Shown: positions 25,786 to 31,849 of the stretch, piece by piece
Position numbering within the stretch: the first letter of the stretch is position 1
Layout: every line of letters starts with the position of its first letter
Position numbers and translations under genes: made by a program
Notes under the pieces: model-generated
What the model was told of the DNA's origin: nothing
Database searches by the model: none
Seen by the model: only the letters and a program-made list of their open reading frames with translations
IMG/VR virus record: IMGVR_UViG_3300034200_001961
Length of the DNA: 31,849 nt
Origin: an uncultured virus (IMG/VR IMGVR_UViG_3300034200_001961)
Lineage: Duplodnaviria > Heunggongvirae > Uroviricota > Caudoviricetes
Strand: one strand, 5' to 3'

Positions 25786-26370
25786 TCAACTCCGCCGCAT
25801 CTTGAACGCATCCATCGCCGGAGATGGCTCATTCGCCTTGGCGTCCATCCGGTTCAGCAGGTGCTGCAGAATCGCCCCGCCGCTGCCCAGCCCGGCTCCG
25901 CCCAAGAGTGCTGGCAGGGGACTGGTGCCGGCGCCGGCCTCCAGTGCTGGCGCCACCTGGTCAATGCTCTGTCCGCGCTCCGCTGCTTCCGCGTCGAAGG
26001 CGGTCATCCTCTGGCCGACACCAAGCGCGGCGGCTGCCAGGTCCGGCGCTCCTGCGCTGACTTGGGAGGCGAGCTTGACGGCGGCCTTGAACTCCTTGGG
26101 AGCCGCGGGCATACCCGCCAGGATCTGCTCCGCGGGCGTGCCCTTGAGAGCGTCCATGATCATCTCGCGAGCAACAGGGTCTGGTGCCTGGTTGACGGTC
26201 GCGAGTACGACTTGCATCGCCCGGGGGTCAAGGCTCGCCGCGTAGTTTCGCAACTCCTGCAATGAACTAGCCGAGCGATCCATTGCGTCGTTGACCGTCA
26301 TGTCGGCCACCCCGGCCCCGGCGAGTCCCAGCGCCCCGCTCATCGCGGCCGTCTTTAAGGCGGGGAACAT
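25786..26370 (-). CDS. Ala/Gly-rich hypothetical protein, possibly virion/membrane
   Basis: ATG start, hydrophobic Gly/Ala segments at both ends, and TAGACT upstream. Confidence 0.7.
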   Translation of the reverse strand: MFPALKTAAMSGALGLAGAGVADMTVNDAMDRSASSLQELRNYAASLDPRAMQVVLATVNQAPDPVAREMIMDALKGTPAEQILAGMPAAPKEFKAAVKLASQVSAGAPDLAAAALGVGQRMTAFDAEAAERGQSIDQVAPALEAGAGTSPLPALLGGAGLGSGGAILQHLLNRMDAKANEPSPAMDAFKMRRS

Positions 26371-26396
26371 GGCGTGATCACGGTCGTCTCACGAGT

Positions 26397-26630
26397 CTAC
26401 CGGGAAGATTTATCCGCCCCCGGCCGCGGGTCCAAGGTCAGGCCCATGCCTTTCTCGACGATCTCGCGCAGCTTCTCGGTGCTTGGGTAGTGGCGCAACA
26501 TTGTGCGGGCCGCGATCCTCAGCTCCATCGACAGGTTGCGCGACTCGGCCGGATCGGTCAGCCGCTGCAGGAAGGCCCTCGATGCCACCACCATGGCGGC
26601 CGATGCCAGGCGCCGTTTTCCGTTGTCCAT
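26397..26630 (-). CDS. BPSL0761-like small protein
   Basis: SRAFLQRLTDP...RIAARTMLRHYP pattern. Confidence 0.7.
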   Translation of the reverse strand: MDNGKRRLASAAMVVASRAFLQRLTDPAESRNLSMELRIAARTMLRHYPSTEKLREIVEKGMGLTLDPRPGADKSSR

Positions 26631-26659
26631 TGACACAAGGTTGACACACCTTGCATAAT
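26630..26659 (+). promoter_or_regulatory. Sigma70-type promoter with tandem TTGACAC
   Basis: TTGACA (26630)-N18-CATAAT (26654), with a second TTGACAC at 26641. Confidence 0.6.
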
Positions 26660-26681
26660 ACTGGGACTGGCTTGCGACACC

Positions 26682-27257
26682 TTGAGCTACTCGAACGATC
26701 GAATTACGCAGCCGTGGCTGGCCACCGCCGAAGCTTTACACCACGTCGAGCGGATTCACCAAGAGGAAGAGGCCGCGCTCAGCGGGCAGCCTGCTGCGCC
26801 CGCCGAAGACGACCTCAAGCCCACCAACCCCAAAACAGCGATCGGAGACAGGAAAGTCCCGCTCGCGCTGTGCTCCCCGATCGCAGCAGCTCACTGGGCT
26901 CTCGCCCAGTTCTCTGGCATGTGCAAGTATCAAGCCTGGAACTGGCGAATTGCTGGCGTGCGGAGCAGCACTTACGTTTCGGCGATCAAACGCCACCTTG
27001 ACGCTTACATCTCAGGCGAAGAGCTTGACCCCGTTGACGGCTCTCACCACCTCGGCAACATCATGGCCTGCTGCGCGATCTTGCTCGACGCGCAAGCGGC
27101 CGGCAAGCTCAACGACGACCGCCCGCCAAGCGTCGACTGCCGCGGCGCGTACGAGTTTGTCGAGAAGCAGATGGTCGCGCTTCGCGAGAAGTATAAGCAC
27201 ATCGAGCAGAAACCATACACGATCGAAGACACGATCAGGCCCGATGCAACAACCTGA
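26682..27257 (+). CDS. DUF5664 / dATP-dGTP diphosphohydrolase domain protein
   Basis: NPKTAIGDRKVPL, GMCKYQAWNWR, YVSAIKRHL, GEELDPVDGSHHLGNIMACCAILLD and DDRP. Confidence 0.85.
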   Translation: MSYSNDRITQPWLATAEALHHVERIHQEEEAALSGQPAAPAEDDLKPTNPKTAIGDRKVPLALCSPIAAAHWALAQFSGMCKYQAWNWRIAGVRSSTYVSAIKRHLDAYISGEELDPVDGSHHLGNIMACCAILLDAQAAGKLNDDRPPSVDCRGAYEFVEKQMVALREKYKHIEQKPYTIEDTIRPDATT

Positions 27258-27501
27258 CATGCAGCTCGACAGCGAACGGATTGGAGATTTCAAGATTGCC
27301 TAAGACTTGACCGGTTTCCCCGAGACTGGAGAAGCCGAGCGCGCTGGGATGCTCAGAGCCCTCTGCGCTTTCCATGAAGAGCGTCTCAACTGGCGTTTGC
27401 AGCGGGTCCTCGGAAACGCCTTCCCAGGGCGCGTTTCCGGGCAGCTACGCCCTGGCCCGGCCCGGTCGCCCCTGGCTACCAAGCCCAAGGGGTTTGCCTG
27501 A
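27244..27501 (+). pseudogene. Small gene with an in-frame TAA at 27301, or a 64-aa gene from TTG 27307
   Basis: MQQPDMQLDSERIGDFKIA*DLTGFPE...KPKGFA reads in one frame. Confidence 0.35.
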
Positions 27502-27516
27502 TGCCTGTCGCGGGTC

Positions 27517-28287
27517 TCAGGGAACGGGAGGCTCGGTCGCAGGCACGCTAAACGGAGCCGTGTACCGGCAAGCTGCAGTAAACCTAACGCAGTCGAGGTA
27601 TCCTCTCCAGTAATTATTACTGCCAGCATACCCTGCGCCGATAGTGTCGATAAAAAAAGTAGACGTGTAATTACTATTGGTTCCAACAAGCAGTCCATTA
27701 AGGAAAAGCCGTAACACTTGACCATTTCTAGTTAGCGCGATATGATTGAATACGCCAGAAGTCAGTGCGGGGCTTGGTACTACGCGGCTGAAAGCGTAGC
27801 TGTTGGCGTAAACAGTGATGCCGCCAGAAGATGGCGAGTCTTCGTTAAGCCTGAATATCTGCTGGTTCCCGCTAGCACCCAAAGTGGCACCCAGCATGCA
27901 CCTGTCTTCCAGTGCGTTCACTGCATTCCACCACAGCTCTGCCGTGAAGTCCCCTGCAAATGTTTCTCCGCTCCATCGCAGGGCGTCACCACTGCCGTCG
28001 AACAAGGCGCTGGATTCGCCGAACTGACTGGCAGCCGTGCTGAGTTGAGCGTTGCCAAGGACGGTAACCGCTTTCCCGTCCGGGCCACTGTCAACGAACG
28101 CGGTGCTCTCGTCGTCTCCGTTCATCAGGAACAGCGCCGTGACGTCGCCCAAGAACGGGTCGTTCGCAACCGGCCACTGGCCCGCCCTCCTCGCCATCGA
28201 CTGCTCGTTTGGCAGCCACAGTCCCGTCGCTGCACCTGCTGTCGGCGCTCTCGGTACCCCGATCAAGCCGCCGTTGAAACCCAGCAT
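27517..28287 (-). CDS. LamG/concanavalin A-like domain virion (tail) protein
   Basis: SALFDGSGD, GDFTAELW, FNHIALTRNG...LFLNG and GYLDCVRFT...RYTAPF. Confidence 0.85.
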   Translation of the reverse strand: MLGFNGGLIGVPRAPTAGAATGLWLPNEQSMARRAGQWPVANDPFLGDVTALFLMNGDDESTAFVDSGPDGKAVTVLGNAQLSTAASQFGESSALFDGSGDALRWSGETFAGDFTAELWWNAVNALEDRCMLGATLGASGNQQIFRLNEDSPSSGGITVYANSYAFSRVVPSPALTSGVFNHIALTRNGQVLRLFLNGLLVGTNSNYTSTFFIDTIGAGYAGSNNYWRGYLDCVRFTAACRYTAPFSVPATEPPVP

Positions 28288-28646
28288 TAGCTGATGTCCT
28301 CGTAACTGATCGTTAGCTCCAGATCGCCAGCCACGTCCGCCTTGGCCCTGAGGCTGTCGCCTTCTTTCAGGTAGATGTAAGCCTCACGGGCCACCAGGAC
28401 CTGCGTCGCGCCGGCGGGCACCGAGATCAATTTGGCCAGGTGGGTGTCCACCCCTGAACGCCGCCACACCAGGTCAATCTTCGCGATCAGGCTGCCGTCG
28501 ACATTGGCGCAGTAGACCGCATTGATCTTGAACACCTTGCCACTGGCCGCCGCGTTGGTCAGCGCATCCGCCAGGGTCGTTGTCACCGCGTAGCCAATCG
28601 TCTCGCCGGTGACGAGGTTTGGCTCCCTGAGATTCGGTGCGGCCAT
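28287..28646 (-). CDS. Putative virion structural protein (beta-rich)
   Basis: MAAPNL...ANVDG...IYLKEGDSL...ISYEDIS. TAATG overlap with the LamG gene. Confidence 0.75.
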   Translation of the reverse strand: MAAPNLREPNLVTGETIGYAVTTTLADALTNAAASGKVFKINAVYCANVDGSLIAKIDLVWRRSGVDTHLAKLISVPAGATQVLVAREAYIYLKEGDSLRAKADVAGDLELTISYEDIS

Positions 28647-28652
28647 AAACCC

Positions 28653-30476
28653 TTAGCTCCCCCACCACTCTATGAGGCCCAGCTCTTCGGTTCCATAGCG
28701 CTGCACGACCCAGCTGGCGAAGTAATCGCGTGGCGGCCCGGACTTGAGCGTCGCCTGCAGCCCGCCTGCGCCCCTTTGCGCCGTCTCCAGGCCGTGGGTG
28801 GCCACTGCGCTCAAGGTACCAAGCCCGAGCGCCCCCTGGCCTCGCAAGGCGCCGCTGAGGTCGGCTACCGGTGCAGCAAACAGTACCAGGGGCCCCAGTG
28901 AGCCCCGACCAACTAGGGCCGACTGCAAATTCATGGTCATCACCAGGCGGGAGCCACCCAGGCCACCGCGGCCTGCCAGGGTGCCGCGGGAACGGCGTTT
29001 GGTCTTGGGCCTGGCAACTCCCAATGCCCCTGCCCCCAGCAGCCGAATCTCCAGGCGCGCCACACGCCGCCCAGGAAGCACCGGTCCGTCGGGCCCGATG
29101 CCCAGCACCGGCACCAGCTGCAAGATGTCGACTCCATCGAGCTGTTGCACAAAGCCGCCCGAGGGCGGATCGAACAACCACACTTCCGTGGTCCCTCTGG
29201 GGCTCCACCAGTCGTTTTGCCGACACCAGGAGTAGGGCGGCTCGGCCGGATCAGTCCACAGGATCGGCTGATTGACGGGCCGGAAGGTGGGGGCCCCGCC
29301 CCGCAGCTCTCCAGTGGGGTCCAGCTCAAGGCCGATCGACGGGGCCACCGCCAGCAGCAGTCGATCGAAGGTGATCAGCTGCTGGCCCAGGGCCCGCCCC
29401 AGCTCCTTGAATGTGTAGTCTCGATCCAGCAGGGAACGCTCGTCCACCCACTGCCTGTCCTCCATCGAGGGGTAATCGCTGGGCTCGTAGAACGGCACGC
29501 CTGCTTGCCAACGCATGGCGTGGATGTGCTTGCACTCCCGGCGCCGGTCCACCCGCCGGTCCAAGTCCCGCCATTTCTTGCTGTAGCCAATCGACTCCTG
29601 CTCCCAAGGGGCCTGCTCGCCGCGCCCGGCAGATGCGACCGGGAAGCGGTCTCGTACCGATCCGCCGGTGCTCATTAAATCGGCAATCTGCCGGCCCTGG
29701 TAGTCCGGGCAGCTGCACTCGAAGCGGTGTGAACTGCACAGGTGCCGGGTTGCATCAGCCCGCCAGAAGACCGGTGCCTGCGGGCTATAGCCAATACGCC
29801 TCCAGTAGCTCCTGGGGCCAGACATCTGGCGGATAAAGGGTCTAGACAAATCGAAGATCAACTGGAACTTCGAAACGTCCACTTCGATCAGGGTCAGCGC
29901 CACCGCACCGACAGGGTCTTCGGCCAGGTCCTCCGGGTAGAGAGAGCCAGCAGCTGAATCCTCAAACTGATCGCCGACGAACGAGCGCCACACCGCCAAC
30001 TTGTCCCGGTCCAGAACACCCTTGACGTCGTAGATCAGCCGGTGCTTGGAGGGGTCGAGGTCGTCCCGGTCCAGAGTCAAGCTGCCAGGCTTGATCGATT
30101 GAGGCAGAATCAAGGCGCCTCGGGGGCGCTGGGTGACATGCCAGGCTGACTCGGCTGAGTTCAGGCTGGCAAACACCTGGGTGACCAAGGGAATGGGCCC
30201 GGTCCCGGGGCCGGTCTTCAGGCGGGCGTAGAAGGCCAGCTGCTGATCAAGCCAGCCTTTGCCGTCCCCGAAGAACATCTGCATCCCGGCTTGCCAGCGC
30301 CGGTAGTCGCTGCCTTTCTCGTAGCTCTCGATCAGGGTCGGAACCCGAATGCCGCCAGACTGGCCCGAGCCGGAGTACAGCCCTCGCGCCCGGCCGGCTA
30401 CCGGCTTCGAGAAGTCATCGCCGCCCCGGGGGCGCGGGAACGCGAAACTGGCGCCGTACCCCTTGCCTCGGGCCAC
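28653..30476 (-). CDS. Large protein with SWIM-type zinc finger and Gly-rich C-terminal repeats
   Basis: CSCPDY-...-CKHIHA motif and GxGxL repeats. The GTG start at 30476 is inferred. Confidence 0.75.
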   Translation of the reverse strand: MARGKGYGASFAFPRPRGGDDFSKPVAGRARGLYSGSGQSGGIRVPTLIESYEKGSDYRRWQAGMQMFFGDGKGWLDQQLAFYARLKTGPGTGPIPLVTQVFASLNSAESAWHVTQRPRGALILPQSIKPGSLTLDRDDLDPSKHRLIYDVKGVLDRDKLAVWRSFVGDQFEDSAAGSLYPEDLAEDPVGAVALTLIEVDVSKFQLIFDLSRPFIRQMSGPRSYWRRIGYSPQAPVFWRADATRHLCSSHRFECSCPDYQGRQIADLMSTGGSVRDRFPVASAGRGEQAPWEQESIGYSKKWRDLDRRVDRRRECKHIHAMRWQAGVPFYEPSDYPSMEDRQWVDERSLLDRDYTFKELGRALGQQLITFDRLLLAVAPSIGLELDPTGELRGGAPTFRPVNQPILWTDPAEPPYSWCRQNDWWSPRGTTEVWLFDPPSGGFVQQLDGVDILQLVPVLGIGPDGPVLPGRRVARLEIRLLGAGALGVARPKTKRRSRGTLAGRGGLGGSRLVMTMNLQSALVGRGSLGPLVLFAAPVADLSGALRGQGALGLGTLSAVATHGLETAQRGAGGLQATLKSGPPRDYFASWVVQRYGTEELGLIEWWGS

Positions 30477-30480
30477 CGAA

Positions 30481-31014
30481 TCAGTAGAACCCGCCCTGGG
30501 CCGCCACAATTGCCTGGGACGGCCCGAAGCTGGACTGCAGAATCACGCTGGCCCCTGCGTACAGATACCAGCCACGGGGCAGGATCAGCCCGGTGTTCTT
30601 CTTGTCCAGCTCGGACGGATAGGCTGCCACGGTCGCAGCTGGTGAGGCCAGGTTGGGCACCGGAGCCAGCAAAGGCAACAGCGGCAAGTTGGTCCGCTGC
30701 CCCAATGAAAGTGACAAAAAGTCAGCGCTAGCCACCGTCCAGGCGTTGGAGCTGTTCAGGCCTGCAGCCGTGGACTGCTCGCTGGCCACCACAATCAGGC
30801 GGGCAGCAGTGATCCCCGTCTCCGGGGCAACCGCCGTGATGCTGTCGATCATGCAGCCATCGCTGCCGCTGTCGACAAGCAAGCGCAGACCAGCTGGCAC
30901 GAGGCTTCGCAGGTTGGTTGGTGTCGAGAGGGCTGCAGTCTCGCCGACACCGACGATCTTGAATAGGGGGCGATCAATCAGCAGCGGCTGTTTGTTGGTC
31001 GAACTCGAAGACAT
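30481..31014 (-). CDS. Putative virion protein
   Basis: 177 aa, beta-rich, in the minus-strand structural cluster. Confidence 0.7.
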   Translation of the reverse strand: MSSSSTNKQPLLIDRPLFKIVGVGETAALSTPTNLRSLVPAGLRLLVDSGSDGCMIDSITAVAPETGITAARLIVVASEQSTAAGLNSSNAWTVASADFLSLSLGQRTNLPLLPLLAPVPNLASPAATVAAYPSELDKKNTGLILPRGWYLYAGASVILQSSFGPSQAIVAAQGGFY

Positions 31015-31023
31015 GGGTCGATC

Positions 31024-31849
31024 TCAATAGGGAGGGTTGGCAGCGCCAGGGTTGGGGCGCGAGTTATTGCGGTACGCCTCCCGCATCAGTTGGACCTGAT
31101 CTATCAGGTCGGCATTGAGGTTGAAGTCCGCTGCCGCGCCGGCCTGAGCCTGTTGCTCGGCAGTGAAGCCAACGTCGGCTCCAGTGGTCGACAAGGGGCC
31201 AGGGGCGGCGTCAATTGCCATGGTTTGCGGCAAGCCCGCCGGTGTAACAAGGGGCGCGGCGCCTTGCTTGGCCATAAAGCGATCGACAATGTTCAGCCCG
31301 TCGGCACCCCTGGCAGCACCTTGATTGCTCCGCGCCCAGGCAGCCAGGTCGGGGCGCAAGCCGCTGAAGCGATCGCCGTTCTCAGGGAAGGCGGCCCCCT
31401 GGGCAATCCCGCCGCCAGCGCCAAAGTCGGCCGCTGAAACTGGGACGGGTCGCCCGCCACCAAGTTCTGAAAGCATCCGGCGGCCGGTATTCCCAGGGGC
31501 ACCCGGCAGCACGCCGTTGCTGGCGGGTGTGCTGAGACTGGCCGGATCCACTAAGCGCATCCCGGCGTTGCCGGCCGCTTGAACCAGAGCCTCGTTCCGG
31601 GAAGCGCCCAGGGGGGCCATTACGGCGTTGCTTCGGCTAGCGGTACTGTTTGCGGGGGCGCGCTGAGGCGCCATTGGCATCGGAGCCTGTCCGGCGGGCA
31701 CGCGGTAATCTGCTGCAGCGTTGCCGCCGACGGGGCGGCGCGCCGGAGGCTGAGGCGCCACCGGGCGGGGCGAGACCCTGCGTGTGCCACCTACCCCGTA
31801 AGGGTCGACGTTGCTGCGGCCTGGGCTGTTGCCGTAGGGGTTGATATTG
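31024..31849 (-). CDS. Ala/Gly/Pro-rich hypothetical protein (5' truncated)
   Basis: The frame stays open to the window end (NINPYGNSPGRSNVDPYG...). Confidence 0.7.
   Translation of the reverse strand, partial: NINPYGNSPGRSNVDPYGVGGTRRVSPRPVAPQPPARRPVGGNAAADYRVPAGQAPMPMAPQRAPANSTASRSNAVMAPLGASRNEALVQAAGNAGMRLVDPASLSTPASNGVLPGAPGNTGRRMLSELGGGRPVPVSAADFGAGGGIAQGAAFPENGDRFSGLRPDLAAWARSNQGAARGADGLNIVDRFMAKQGAAPLVTPAGLPQTMAIDAAPGPLSTTGADVGFTAEQQAQAGAAADFNLNADLIDQVQLMREAYRNNSRPNPGAANPPY

Noticed and set aside
26682..27257. Calling this a Z-genome (2-aminoadenine) phage
   Set aside because: purZ is absent from the window, and DUF5664 alone is not sufficient evidence.
27517..28287. Diversity-generating retroelement target
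   Set aside because: No template repeat or reverse transcriptase was found in the window.
2600..31376. HIP1 (GCGATCGC) sites
   Set aside because: Only about five were noticed by eye, too few to call the strong HIP1 enrichment seen in many cyanobacteria.
1..31849. Stop-codon reassignment
   Set aside because: Conserved genes are full length in the standard code and end with TAA, TAG and TGA.

Overview
This window is a segment of a GC-rich cyanophage or prophage genome, most likely infecting a picocyanobacterium (Synechococcus/Cyanobium type). The host assignment is an inference from the cyanobacterial-type DnaE, ThyX, NrdJ and DUF3288 proteins. The + strand carries replication and nucleotide-metabolism genes: a probable SSB, a PD-(D/E)XK exonuclease, an AEP-primase/PriCT-2/VirE helicase, a nucleoside 2-deoxyribosyltransferase-like protein, dCMP deaminase, ThyX, a class II ribonucleotide reductase with an intein, an intact host-like DNA Pol III alpha, and a DUF5664 dNTP diphosphohydrolase. 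Minus-strand islands carry lysis or virion-type genes: a TM-PAS protein with a holin-like partner, a lysozyme fused to a degenerate M23 domain, a LamG protein and a SWIM-finger protein. No integrase, terminase, capsid, tRNA or CRISPR array was seen. The most notable observations are (1) a membrane-anchored PAS protein with no output domain coupled to a holin-like gene, (2) a repeat-rich, foldable origin/ncRNA-like region after the primase, with the same palindrome at promoters, (3) mosaic genes joined by repeated short linkers, and (4) several enzymes with eroded active sites. All family calls come from motif recognition by eye; no database search was run.
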